This document shows positions 1 to 14,735 of a DNA stretch of 64,000 nucleotides, in pieces. A model generated the notes under the pieces. That model did not search any database. It was not told the origin of the DNA and worked only from the letters and a program-made list of their open reading frames with translations. A program made the position numbers and the translations under genes. Every line of letters begins with the position of its first letter. Positions within the stretch are counted from its first letter, which is position 1. The stretch lies in the NCBI RefSeq assembly GCF_009914755.1, contig NC_060937.1. The stretch is one strand, 5' to 3'. Source of the DNA: the human T2T-CHM13v2.0 reference genome, Homo sapiens.

Positions 1-15
1 GTGATGTGTACTTAC

Positions 16-241
16 CATTAAAATACCATAAACAGTAGTTTCACTGCCTTAATAATCTGGCTTGGTCTTTTATTCATTACATTTTCTCTTTTATAAGCAT
101 CAGTATTGTTCTTTCCTGGATTTCTAATAATCATGTCATGGTTTTCAGTGACTTGTGGAGAAACTGAGAACCAGTTCTCCGAATCTTGTCCACAATTACT
201 TGGCATAGTAGTATTCAACAGAGCTATGGTAGTTTGCAGGA
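16..241 (-). other. Candidate spliced exon (lncRNA or degenerate coding exon)
   Basis: The minus strand reads ...tatttccttccag|TCCTGC at 241 and ...TTTAATG|gtaagta at 16/15 (consensus donor). One frame is open for about 73 codons but stops just before the donor. No recognisable repeat here. Confidence 0.3.
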
Positions 242-867
242 CTGGAAGGAAATAGTAATATGATCATATTTTGTTCTTTTAGGCCACCTACAGAAATATT
301 TTGTGTTATAGAGAGGATTTAACTTCTTTATTTGAAACCTTAGATCCCTTGAATGGGATATGATGTTTTATGCCATATGTTTCTGTAATAGTCTTTAAAT
401 TCTTGTTGTCAAATGTATTTCCAATAACTCTGGCTCCTGAGAGAAACTACTCTATTTTTCTGCTTTTCTTTGGCCTCTAGAATGCTAGAAACTGCATTTT
501 GGTTATTCCTGTAATTTGTGGCCCTTTAAAATACTAATTGTCTTTTGCTTTTCAAGAAAACTCAAAATCATGTAAATGAGAGCTATTTCCTTTGACTCCT
601 TAAATCTGGAGTGGGCAAGCCCACTGGTCAGAGTAGGATTCCTGACAATATCCCCTGTCTACACTATAGCCCAGGTTGCCATATACACAGTGGAGTTGTA
701 AAGATCCTGTTTTCTGTTCAGCTAGAGTTCTTGCTGCTGAACTAGGTGGATTTTACTCAGTTTTAACATAATCTGCAGATTGCATAGCACAATCTACAAT
801 TTTGTGCTACATTTTGTGGAAAATTTAGATGACTAAATGTTTTTCATTTTGAAGGACTTAGAAAAGG

Positions 868-1080
868 CAGTGTGGAGCTGTTAAGAGCTCAGATGCTAGA
901 GAAAGCCAAACACTAGCTCTGCCACTTACAAGCCAAGCGGTCCTAGGAAAAGTGCGCTTCACTTTTTTTATTTGCATAAAGGACATATTACTAGCAATCT
1001 CAAAACTGTAGCTAGGATTCATTGAAATAATGCACACAAAGCCCTTGACTTGGTCTGGTGCACACTAAACCCTCATTGTT
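868..1080 (+). mobile_element. MIR SINE relic
   Basis: MIR-like core: gttaagagc...ctagctctgccactta...ggattcattgaaataatgcacacaaagccct. Confidence 0.65.
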
Positions 1081-2004
1081 ACCTGAAAGAAGAAAAGTGG
1101 TAACAAAGTACACTTGGATTTCATAACTACAAAGTCTCTTCCCTTCTAGGATCCTCCAAGGGGGTTCCATAAAATCAAGTATGAAATAGTCTTTAATGGA
1201 AGGGCTAATATGGTCTGGTTAGAGTCCATGAAGACTTCTGGATTCTTGTTGCTCTTGTAAGGTTAATTTGGATTATACTATTGTGTTGAAGGACATAATT
1301 GGGAGCCAGGGGAAGATGCTTTTGTCTCTCTTCAGAGTATAGTTCTGTCTTCCACCCATTCTGAGAATCTAATGTAACTCTGAAGATGATAGCAGGGCAC
1401 TTGTCTGGTTTTTGTTTAAGTTTTTCTACCACAAAATCTCAAGTTCCGGTAACCTGAAGGGCTAGTCTTTCCTTTGTCTGGTTTGGTGGTTGCTAGAATA
1501 GAGTCTACCTGCTAACGTTTTATTTCAGAAATATTTTGTACAAAGCTTCCTTCATCTGCTATTGTAATGTTCTTGTTAACATGCAACAGTTTGCTAAGGG
1601 ATCTCTGGCTTTGGTCCTGGCAGTCTGGAGGCAATGAAATACGTACTGCCAGGTATGTATCATAGAACATTTCCATACAACTGAGCAGAAAGGCAGACTC
1701 TCATGTAGAATCAAATGAAATAATAAAAAAATCCTGTAAATCTCAAAGATCCCATCAAAATTCTTGGATGGAATTACTTAGACCTGGCGAATAGAAATAC
1801 AGCAGCATTTTCAATGATTTAAAAAAATCTCATTGAAAATACTGGTGACAGCAAAGCAAATTAAAAGTTTAATATCATTTTGATTATATAGTATTTTTAT
1901 AAAAAGTCTTAGTCCTTTCGCATAATTGATATGGTGAAAGAAATTTTGGTTATATGCTCAAATGTGAGAAGAGCTTGGTTTAACCACAAGATCCATTATT
2001 TAAT

Positions 2005-2155
2005 AAATATGTAATCTTGGACCAAATAATGTTCTGAGCCTTGGTTTTCTCCTCTGTAAGATGGGGTTAATAATCTACCTACTTCGTTTGGTTTTGGGGA
2101 GGCTTGAGTAAGATAATATGTATAATCTGTAAAGTACTCTGTAAATAAAATACGT
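2005..2155 (+). mobile_element. MIR/MIR3 relic
   Basis: ctgagccttggttttctcctctgtaagatggggttaataat matches the MIR core. Confidence 0.65.
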
Positions 2156-2243
2156 TAATCATATGATTTCCGATGTTCAAAACTGAGAGTGATAAAATCT
2201 TACATTTGAAATGAACATTAGAAGACATCCAATGTATGCATCT

Positions 2244-2306
2244 TTCAAAAATAACATTGTTGAAATTCAAAATGTAACATTCAAAATATAACATTCAAAA
2301 ATAACA
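2244..2306. repeat. Short degenerate tandem repeat (ttcaaaa..taaca x4)
   Basis: Units start at 2244, 2266, 2280 and 2294. Confidence 0.7.
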
Positions 2307-2384
2307 ACGCTATCTCTGTTTGGTCATTACCAGCAATGCATTCAGACTACTTAGGATGCAAGCATTCCACTTGCCATTGGGCAA

Positions 2385-2792
2385 GTTTCTTAAATTGGGC
2401 TCTTTAGGAAGCAGACTTAGGAAAATTAAGGTGCGGGGCATTTATTAGGGAGTTGGCTTGGCATCACCCCTGAGAAAGGAGAGAAGGAGATACTATAGGG
2501 CAGAGGACAAAGGCTTTAGCTGAACCCATGGTGAGCTTGGGCCTTCAGTGGCCCCTCAGAGTTATCATGAATTTGGGCTGGAGGGCCGGGCCTTTATACC
2601 TCCATCATGACCAGTCATTGCAGGCTGGCTTCCACAAAAGGAGGTGCCATCTTGGCAAGGCAATTCTCTTCAGCTGAGGCCATCCCCAAGGAAGGTTAAA
2701 AACTGAGGCACATCTTCTGGCAGTCCTCCTGCAGCTAGTGGAATAAGTCCTTCCTTCCTCAAGGAGACCCTGTGAATTATGGCATCCACCAC
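2385..2792 (-). mobile_element. LTR16-family (ERVL) solo LTR
   Basis: ggaagcagact...atttattagggag...gggcctttatacctcc...accagtcattg; ends caccaca (tgtggtg on minus). Confidence 0.65.
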
Positions 2793-2956
2793 AGCAGGCC
2801 CTACAGATAAGACATTCTGCCTTATATTGAGTTGACACCTTCCTCACTGTGACTTTCATGTAAGCTATTCTCTTCTGAGTCAATTCCAAGTCTTATCATT
2901 ATTTTCTAACAGATAATTCTTTACTATATTCTGGCAACACTAGTGCTGTAATACTG

Positions 2957-3090
2957 ATACACATATATGTATCTATATCACATATATAAGATATATATCT
3001 CACATAGATATCATATACTCAAACGTATATTACACACACATATATAAGGCTCAAATATATATTTATACACCTTTGCATATACATATGCCC
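2957..3090. repeat. Degenerate (TA/CA)n low-complexity tract
   Basis: Alternating purine-pyrimidine run. Confidence 0.7.
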
Positions 3091-3712
3091 AACTACACCT
3101 GACACATAGCTGTTAGTGACCATAATTATGTCATTTATTGGAGATAATAAAATAAGTCTGCTCTTCTAAGAGAATCAGATTAGGAGATTCTGTTTTGGAC
3201 ATATTGAATATGAAGCACTTTTAAGACATCCAAGTAAAAATGTTGGGCAGGCATTTGAATTTACCTGGAGCTTCAAAAAGGGTCTACTGTACAGATAAGT
3301 AATTACAAGTTGGTGTTTATATAGTAATTGAACTATGGGTCATGGGTGATATTATGAAAAGAGAATAAAGAGTAGAGCAGAGAGAGAAGAAACATTCTAG
3401 TAGGCATGTTGGGTTTACTTTGATTAGCAAATTGGCTTTTACAATTATTAGAAAATCATTTATTTGCCAGTATTTAAAAATCAGGAGGTTCCACATGATC
3501 CAGATTGAAGCTACTCTTGAAAAACTAAAAAATCAGGCAACATTTATTTTTTTATTTCTGCATGCCAGTAATGACCCAGAGCTGGGTTTCCCCTTTAGAT
3601 ACTGGATTTTCCCTTCAGTGGAGGGCTTCACCCCCTGAGGTGTGTGCAATCACTAGTTTAGTGTCGGGAGAGAGAGGACCCGTGGCTGAGACACAAACAA
3701 CATCAATATTTA

Positions 3713-4008
3713 TTTATTTTATTTTATTTTATTTTTTATTATACTTTAAGTTCTAGGGTACATGTGTACAACGCGCAAGTTTGTTACATATGTATACATG
3801 TGCCATGTTGGTGTGCTGCACCCATTAACTCTTCATTTACATTAGGTATATCTCCTAATGCTATCCCTGCCCCCTCCCTCCACCCCACAACAGGCCCCGG
3901 TGTGTGATGTTCCTCATCCTGTGTCCAAGTGTTCTCATTGTTCAGTTCCCACGTATGAGTGAGAACATGCGGTGTTTGGTTTTCTGTCCTTGCGATAGTT
4001 TGAAAGAG
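3713..4008 (-). mobile_element. 5'-truncated L1PA (about PA4-PA6) 3' end
   Basis: L1 3'UTR ttatactttaagttctagggtacatgtg...; 12-bp TSD catcaatattta at 3701-3712 and 4009-4020. Confidence 0.93.
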
Positions 4009-4086
4009 CATCAATATTTAAAGACTGGTGGGTGAGAAGTCTGGCACTGAGACGTGGCCAGAGATGTAAGAGGCTGCAGCCCATAG

Positions 4087-4431
<345 letters not shown>

Positions 4432-5847
4432 TAAAATTCTTCAGAGAAGTAATACCTTTGGGAGATGGAGCTCATTGACTTTAGGGAGAGTGGTTTCGGT
4501 GTAGCAAAGGGGATGGAAGCCAGATTGAAGTGGGATGAGTGAATGAGGGGTGGGGAAATGAGGAAAAGAATGTGCACAATGAGAAGTGTAGCTTTGAAGG
4601 TAAGTACAGAAATAGGGATTAGCTGGAGGGAAGTTAGGTTGTGTTGAAATGGGGTGGGGGAGGGGGTTGAAGGGCAATAGGAAGAAGAGAAATAGAGGTA
4701 TTTTTCACATAACATTGCTTTAAATATCCCCTCTCACTTTTAAGTGGTTTGAACTATTTCTGAAATGTTAAGAGAAGTGAAAATTCAAGGATGTTAGTGC
4801 TTTGTTGAAAACAACCGTGACCAAAGTACTTGGGTAGTAGAAAACTTAGATTGTACAGCTCAAATTGAAATGGGTAACTAAATAAAAGATTGAAAATTTT
4901 CTACTTGAATTATTTAGTCCAACACTTCATGACCTCATTTTGCTTTTAACGAAGAAAATCTCACATGGCATGAGAGAGAAATTTCATATTATTTGAAAAG
5001 TAAAGTCTTAAGTCTGACTTATTTTTCAGATAAATAACGTCTTTGACAAAAACGAAATGAAGCATTTTTGTATGATTCTAGTGCAAACAGAGATTATGTG
5101 ACACTAATACACGATTTAAAAAATGTTTTCCTATATATGTGATAGGAAAAACATTATGGATTTTCTTCCTGGAAACATTTCACAGATTCTTTCGTTGAAC
5201 ACCTATATCATGGATCACTCTGACTCTAGCACCCCTCAGCTCAGGGAAAGCAACAGTTTTCCTCAGTGTTCCTATAGCCCCCAGAGAGTGCTTGCCAAGT
5301 GCTCAGCAACATTTCACTGCTTTGTGCCATGCCACCGGGTGCTTTGTTCTATCCTTGGCATGCTATGGTAGCTTCTGGGGCTGCTGCCCAAACCCTACTG
5401 GCTTGCTGATAATTTATCTCACTCTTGGCAGAAGGTGCTCTAGAGTTAAATTTTTTCCACAGCCCAGTTCCCCCAGGGTGTGATAATTTAGGGTGGAGAC
5501 GGGGAAGAGAGTGACGGCCTCTCTCTTTTGTGTTAATTTCTTTTAGAGGGATCTTAATTATCTAAGGTCCCCATGTGTTCTGAGAGAAGTGGCTTTTTCT
5601 TATTGCTTATGGTTCTTTTTTCCTTAGAGTCAGCTATATCTGTTTAGGGGCTAGAACAGAGATAGAGTTTTTACTCTATCTCTGATATGCTTATATATCA
5701 GACTTCCTTTTCAAATAATAAATAAATATCATGCCAGGTAAGATTTTTTTAGTTAAAAGCAAAATGAGGACATGAAGTGTTGAATTAAATAATTCAAGTA
5801 GAAAAATTTTCATTTTCTATTTAGTATTTTTTTGTGTGTGTTGTGTG

Positions 5848-5963
5848 TGAGAGGGGGTCTCATTGTATCACCCAGGCTGGTCTTCAGTTCCTGAGTTCAA
5901 GCGATCCTCCTGCCTCAGCCTCCCAAGTAGCTGGAACTATAAGCACGCAGCACTGTCTCCAGC
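5848..5963 (-). mobile_element. FLAM / Alu monomer
   Basis: ggtctcattgtatcacccaggctggtct...gcctcagcctcccaagtagctgg, single arm. Confidence 0.85.
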
Positions 5964-5974
5964 CATCCCTATAT

Positions 5975-6140
5975 TAATCTTCAATCAGCAGGTCATCAGG
6001 ATCACCTCCAGAATTATAAAATATGAATTTTCAGATTCACTCACTGAATCCCTATTTTCATAAGTTTGTTCCAAGCATCTGCATTTTTAACAAGTTCCAA
6101 AGAGGGTTGTAATATATACCCTTAGTTAAAAACATTGCCC
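5975..6140. mobile_element. MER5 (hAT-Charlie) DNA transposon relic
   Basis: atctgcatttttaacaagttcc and ttaaaaacattgccct motifs. Confidence 0.7.
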
Positions 6141-6208
6141 TATGTATTCTTAACTTTGCTCCCCAACTCTCCAGAATAAAGACAGGTATCACCCTCTCTT
6201 TAGATGGC

Positions 6209-6795
6209 TTTTTTTTTGTTTGTTTGTGAGGAAAAAACATTCAAAATTTTTTCTCCAACAAACAGCATTGGCAAGTACAACTACAGGGGTTTCTCCATAG
6301 ATCATACATTCATGAGGCATTATTAGCTTAACATTGAGAAAGCCACTGGTATGTTCTCTGTAACAATATCCACTTCATGTTTAAACAGGTACTATTATTT
6401 TGTTCACTTACAATTCCAGAAGGAAAGGCATCAGTTGGAAAATTTTTTTTTTTTTTTGATCCTAAAGTCAGATGCAATAACAGAGACAAAATTTTGGGTA
6501 ACAATCTTGATCTACATTTCAATAAGGGCCTTCCACAAAGAGGGGAAAAACTCTGCCCAGAAGTTAGGGTCTTTCTCCTTCCTCATTAAATCGTTGGAAC
6601 AACATTTCATTGTTTGTTCAACATTATTACATGTACAAAAGAGGATTAAAAAAAGGAATCACAAAAATATCTTGAATGTCCAGCTATTCTCACCAATATG
6701 TGAATTCTTAGGTTTAAGAGAGGGCCTGGGAATACTTCGGTGGTCATAAAATAGGAAAATAAGACACTATGGCTACAAAAATAAAAAAATACATC
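6209..6795 (-). pseudogene. Possible processed retrocopy of an mRNA 3'UTR (parent not assigned)
   Basis: T9 plus (gttt)n decayed tail at 6209-6226, not attached to Alu or L1 sequence; weak direct repeat ctctttagatgg (~6196) vs ccctttggctgg (~6797); UTR-like composition. Confidence 0.4.
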
Positions 6796-7039
6796 CCCCT
6801 TTGGCTGGAATGCACATGCTCCAGTAATTCCAGGTAGGTTCTATACTAATTATTAAATGTGTTTCTTTGCTCAGCTCTTCTCAGTCCTTTATCTCTTCTG
6901 ATTAACAGGACCTTTTTAATGTTAGGTCCCTGGGATAGATCTGAATGACAGCTATAGCCATTAACTGAGAGCTCTTAACATTTCTTATTATATGTCTATG
7001 CATCTTGCTACTTATCCATCTGTCCATTGATCTATCTTA

Positions 7040-7330
7040 ATTTATTCATCCATTAATGACAGGTTTGTTTATATTTATTGAGTACTTGCTGTGTGCTGGG
7101 TACTGAGGATATAAAGGTGAGCATGGCAAACCTGGTCCTTGACTTCGAGGGGGAGGAATAATTAATGTTTGCACAAATAGGTAATTACAAACCATGATAA
7201 AGGCCACAAAGGTTGATGTGAGATTGTTTGACAAAAGCTTCAGATCTGGGCTGGTGAAGTCAGGGAAGATTCTGCTGAGGAAATTACCTTGAGCTAAAAC
7301 CTGAAGGGTGAATAGATGTGCCAGGGTATT
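7040..7330 (-). mobile_element. L2 3' end
   Basis: tatttattgagtacttgctgtgtgctgggtactgaggatat...gtcagggaag...gagctaaaacctgaagg. Confidence 0.8.
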
Positions 7331-7459
7331 GGAGGTGGGCATGTATTTTGAATCATTTCCTTGAGTAGACTATCAGAAGCAAAATTTCTGGGTCAAAGTA
7401 CATGACTTTTAAAAATCATTTAAATGTTTTTAATTATAATTTTTTTCTTTAAATTTTAA

Positions 7460-8270
7460 ATTCATTTAAAATTATTTTTATGTGATTTAAACTTACAGAG
7501 CAGTTGCAAATATAGTGTAAGGACCTTTTTTTTTGCCTTGAACTATTTACCAGTTTCCACTATGATGCCCCCAAACCCCCAAATAATTTATGCGAATAGC
7601 CTTCAAACAAGGACGTTCTCTTATATAAGCACAATATGATATTAAAATTCTGGGAATTACCGTTGAATTATTAGTACTTTCTAATCCTTAGACCTCATTT
7701 GAGTCTTGCCAGTTTTCCCAAGTGATATCTTTTGCAACAAAAGATCCAGTTCAGAATCAAGTGTTGCATCTTGTCGGGTCTCTTGAGTTGGCTTCAGTCT
7801 TGAACATTTCCTCAGTCTTTTGTTGACTTTGAGGACTTTGACTCTTGAAGATCACTGTCTAGTTATTTTGTAGAATGTTCTTGCAGTTGAATTTCCTGAT
7901 GTTTCTTCATGATTAGGTTCAGGTGATGCAAATTTGACAGGAATATCACAGAAGCGTGTTCTTCTCATTACATTCTATTAGGTGGCACAAGGTTTCAATT
8001 TGTCCCATTACTGATGATGCTCAAGTTGTTCACCTGATTAAAATGGTATCTGCAGAATTCTCTCCTGAAAAGTTACTTTTTCCTTTTGAATTTAATAAAT
8101 ATTTGGAAGCTTAAAATATCCCATTCTTTATAAAACTTTCAATTTATCCTTTTTGATATTTATATCAGATTGGACTTCTTGTTTTCCTCTTTTATGCAAT
8201 CGGTTACAATCCATTACTATTATTATTTAATTTGATGCTCAAATTATCTCATATTTGGCTGGCTTCTGTG
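7460..8270 (-). mobile_element. L1MC (MC4/MC5-like) 3' region
   Basis: aaacttacagagcagttgcaaa...ttattttgtagaatgt...catgattaggttcagg...ggaatatcacagaag. Confidence 0.75.
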
Positions 8271-8692
8271 TCCCATTGGTACCATGGCTGCCCCTCCCCC
8301 TCTCGGATGCCCTCCTCTGCCATCTCAGGCCACCAACACCCTGAGCTGGGCTGCTACTCAACGTGGATGCCCTCTTTCCCTCTCTGCTCAGAATCCGACA
8401 TCCTTTACCAGCTGTTCACACCTCCTGTTTGTGGAGGAGCTGTGGAGGAGGTGTGGACAGCCAGCATTTATGCGGAGACATCCTCCTCAGCCTTCATGGG
8501 CTCCAACACTCAATATTGGCTGTCACATGCTTCCCACCCTAATTGAGCTCTAATACCCTGTTCCCGGTGTAGGTTGGGGATCCCTGCCATCTATGCATTT
8601 TTCCAACTTTAGCTATTTTATCACATTTCCTTCTAATCTTTTCTCTGTGCACTTAACATAATGCTGATAACTATGATTTTTAAATCCCATTT

Positions 8693-10755
8693 ATTTATTT
8701 TTAATAATTTCAACTTTTATTTTAGATTTGGGGGTACATGAGCAGGTTTGTGACATGGATATATTGTGTGATGGTAAGGTTTAGGATATGAACAATCCCA
8801 TCACCCAGATGGTGAGCATAGTACCCAATAGTGAGTTTTTCAACCCTTTCTCCTTATCCTCTCTGCCCACTCCATTAGTCCTTAGTGTTTATTATTGCTA
8901 TCTTTATGTCCACTAGTACCCAATGTTTAGCTCTCGTAAGTGAGAACATGATGTCTTTGATTTTCTGTTTCTGTGTTAATTTACTTAGATTATGGCCTCT
9001 AGCTGCATCCATGTGGCTGCAAATGATATGATTTCATTCCTTTTTATGGCTGTGTAGTAATCCATGGTATATATATGTACTGTATTTTATTTATCCAATC
9101 CATGGTTGATGGGCACCTATATTGATAGCATGTCTTTGAAATTGTGAATAGTAAGTACTTCAATGAATATAGGAGTGCATGTGTCTTTGGTAGAATGATT
9201 ATTTTTCTTTTGCATATATACCCAATAATAGGATTGCTGGGTTGAGTGAGTTCTGTTTTAAGTTCTTTGAGAAATCTCCAAACTGCTTTCTACATTGGCT
9301 AAACTAATTTACATTCCCACCAACAGTGTATAAGCATCCCTTTTTCTCCACAGCCTCACCAGCATCTGCTATTTTTTGACTTTTTAATAATAGCCATTCT
9401 GGCTGGTGTGAGATGGTATCTCATTGTGGTTTTGATTTGCATGTCTCTGATGATTAGTGATGTGGAGCATTTTTTCGTATGTTTGTTGGTCACTCGTACG
9501 TCCTCTTTTGAGAAGCGTCTGTCTTTTGCCCACTTTTTAATGGAGTTATTTGTTTTTGCTTGTTGAATTTTTAAGTTCCTTACAGATTCTGGACATTAGA
9601 CCTTTGTTGGATGCATGGTTTGTGAATGTGTTCTCTCATTTGGTAGGTTGTCTGTTTACTCTGTTGACAGTTTCTTTTTTTGTTCAGAAGCTCTTTAGTT
9701 TAATTAGGTTCCACTTGTCAATATTTTTTGTTGCAATTGCTTTTGAAGACTTAGTCATAAATCCTTTCTCAAGGTTGATGTTCAGAATGGCGTTTCTTAG
9801 GTTTTCTTCTAGGATTCTTGTAGTTTGAGGTCTTATATTTAAATCTTTAATCCATCTTGAGTTAATGTTTATATATGGTGAAAGGTAGGGGTCCAGTTTT
9901 ATTCTTCTGCATTTGGCTAGCCAGCTATCCCAGCACCATTTATTTACTAGGGTGTCCTTTCCCCATTGCTTACTTTTGTCGACTTGGTTGAAGATCAGAT
10001 GGCTGTGGGTGTGTGTTTTTATTTTTGCGTTCTCTATTCTGTTCCATTGGTCTGTGTATCTGTTTTTGTACCAGTTCTGTGGTGTTTTTGTTACTGTAGC
10101 CTTACAGTATTGTTTGAAGTTGGGGAATGTGATGCTTCTGGCTTTGTTCTTTTTGCTTAGGTTTGCTGAGGCTCTTTGGGCTCTTTTTTGATTCCATGTG
10201 AATTTTAGAATAGTTTTTTTAGTTCTATGAAAAATGACATTGGCAGTTTGATAGAAATAGTTTTGAATCTATAGATTGTTTAGGGCAGTAGGGCCATTTT
10301 AACGATATTGACTCTTCCGTCCATGAACGTGGAATGTTTTTCCATTTGTTTATTTCATCTACGATTTCTTTCAGCAGTGTTTTGTAGTTCTCCTTGTAAA
10401 GATCTTTCACTTCCTTGGTTAGATGTATTCCTAGGTATTTTGTTTTTTTGTGTGTGACTATTTTAAATGGGATGGCATTCTTGATTTGGCTCTCAGCTTG
10501 AACATTATTGGTGTATAGAAATTCTACTAATTTTTGTATCTTGAACTTTACTGAAGCTATCTATCAGTTGCAGGAGCCTTAGTGGAGACTTTAGGGTTTC
10601 CTAGGTATAGAATCATATTGTCAGTGAGGAGAGATCATTTGACTTCTAAGCCTATTTGGATGCTTTTTATTTCTTTCTCTTGCATGACTGCTCTGACAAG
10701 GACTTTCACTACTATGTTGAATAGGAGTGGTGAGAGTGGGCATCCTTATCTTGTT
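8693..10755 (-). mobile_element. 5'-truncated L1PA15/16-like LINE-1 (~2.1 kb)
   Basis: 3'UTR tttcaacttttattttagatt...gggtacatgagcaggtttg; decayed ORF2 (KDLYKENYKTLLKEI...KWKNIP at 10225-10410). Confidence 0.9.
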
Positions 10756-10979
10756 TACACAAGACCCATTTTCTCAAACCGTTAAGAATGTTTCATAAAT
10801 GTGACTTTAAATGACTTGAAATGGACATAATATTTTTGTCTGTAATTGCACATTGCTGCCTTATGTGAGAGACTCCTAGAAGAGGAATTACTAGGTCAAA
10901 AGTACCAATATTTAGGTTCTTGACACACATTTTCAAATAATCATTTCAGAAAGGTTACATATTCAAATATATATACATA

Positions 10980-11267
<288 letters not shown>

Positions 11268-11329
11268 ACGTATTCAAATATTTTTAAGTTAGTTTATAAA
11301 TGCAATGCTGTGCCAATAAAAATATCGTT

Positions 11330-12560
<1,231 letters not shown>

Positions 12561-12679
12561 AACTATGCTAAAATTACGCTCTATAACAAACCACCCCAGA
12601 AACCTTTGCAGAAGGTAGGTTTTTAAGGAATTATAGCAGAAACACACACACACAGGATAGTACATATCTTTCATTTTAC

Positions 12680-12895
12680 ACAAATAATAGACTATACACA
12701 CTTCTTTGTGCCTTGCTGTTATTTCACTTAACAATATATATTAAAGATAATTTTATATCTGTGTATAAAAAGCTTCCCTATTTTTTGTTGTGGCTATATG
12801 TTATTTCATGGTATGAATACACCATTATTTATTAAACCAATCTCTTATTGAAAGATGTTTAAGTTGCTTTCAATTCTTTATTATTAAGAAGTGCT
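12680..12895 (-). mobile_element. L1ME 3' relic
   Basis: tttcacttaacaatatat...ttatttcatggtatgaatacaccat...tttaagttgctttcaatt. Confidence 0.65.
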
Positions 12896-12896
12896 A

Positions 12897-13194
<298 letters not shown>

Positions 13195-14652
13195 GAGGTG
13201 CTGCAATGCATTACTATGTATGTATATATACATACACACATATAATTTTGCACAGACATGAATATATTTTGGCTACCTCCTCAGAAATAGAAATTTTCAG
13301 CACATTCGAAGTTCCCCTTTCATCCAGCACTTCAGTGTTGACTCTGTTTCTTGTTTAGATTTCATATATAGTGATACATTCTTTGAAGAATACCTCGCAG
13401 GCTCTTGTTTTTAGAGACAGAATAAAGTTGCAGTAGAGACTGAGAGCAATATGTTTCCTTTTCTGTTTACAAAATTACCTGTGACCAACAAATGGGAAAA
13501 GCCATGGTCTTTAAAAGAAAAAATATGCAATTCCATTTCCACTATTTATTCTTGTTAGTTCACTGACTGAAACTGAAATGTGGTTTATTACAATGGATGA
13601 AAATTTGGAAAGAAACAATTAATTTGCATAATCAAGCAATCTGCATTATATTGCATAAAAGACAATAACAAAGTGAATTATGTACAAGGCTAGACTTCAT
13701 GCTTTGACAAACAAAATGTAGCAGAATAGTTTCTTTAAGTGGAACTTCTGGACAAAATTTCCATATGAGATATAGGTAGCATGGATGAAATAGAGATGTT
13801 AAGACATTTTAGTTTTTTTGTTTTTTGTTTCGATCTTTCTGAAGGATGACTTACCATAGTTTGAGGGGGATGTAGGGAACTAATACATTAAAAAATAGAT
13901 GTTGGCTATTATTATGATGAAAGGAAAGTGGTTTACTGTATGGAAAATATCATGAAAGTTTACGCAGATTTGGGAAAGAGAGTGATCGAGGCTCAGAGGT
14001 TGCCCTGAACAACACATGAAGAAAGGAAGGCAAGAGTAATGTGAGAACATCAACTCTAAAAACTGAAGTGTAGTCTGACGGCCATGAATTCTCATAAGTC
14101 CCTAGTCGTGTGAACTTTCCCTTATTTTCCTCAATAAATGTGTATTTGTATATATGTTTGTGTATGTTTGCTTTTTTCGTTCCCTCAGACAACTGAGAAA
14201 TACTTTGTACTTCGCTATCCAGTATTTATATGTCTTACAGCACCTTTTCTCCTTGTATGTTAGTTTTTTCTTCAGTATCCTTAATTTTAAAGCTGTACTT
14301 CTCTTTTCTACTCAGTTGTCTTTCCTATCATTTAAAGCCATGAGATTGTTTGCTTTTCCTTCTCAGTGCATCCATCCCCCATACAAAGACTCTTTTATTT
14401 TCTTATTTATGGAAGTTTCTTGCCGTCACATTTTGGCATTCTTCCAGACAATAAGCAGTTATGTAGCATTGGCAAAAGTCCTGCATCTAGTTCTAAAGAG
14501 ATGTAGCCCCACTGTGTATCTCAAATTTCCTCTTGACCTGACCTTTCTCTTTGCCCTGGCTTAACTTATCTGAGTTTGCTGGTGGTGCCAAGTTCCTTCT
14601 GCTTGTGAGCTGAATTAATGAAAAGGCATCAACATCAACTTCCCTTCCTGTA

Positions 14653-14654
<2 letters not shown>

Positions 14655-14697
<43 letters not shown>

Positions 14698-14735
14698 ATC
14701 ATCATCATCATCATTATCATCATCATCATAATCAT
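14655..14735. repeat. Compound microsatellite (AC)21 + imperfect (CAT)n
   Basis: Directly visible. Confidence 0.97.
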
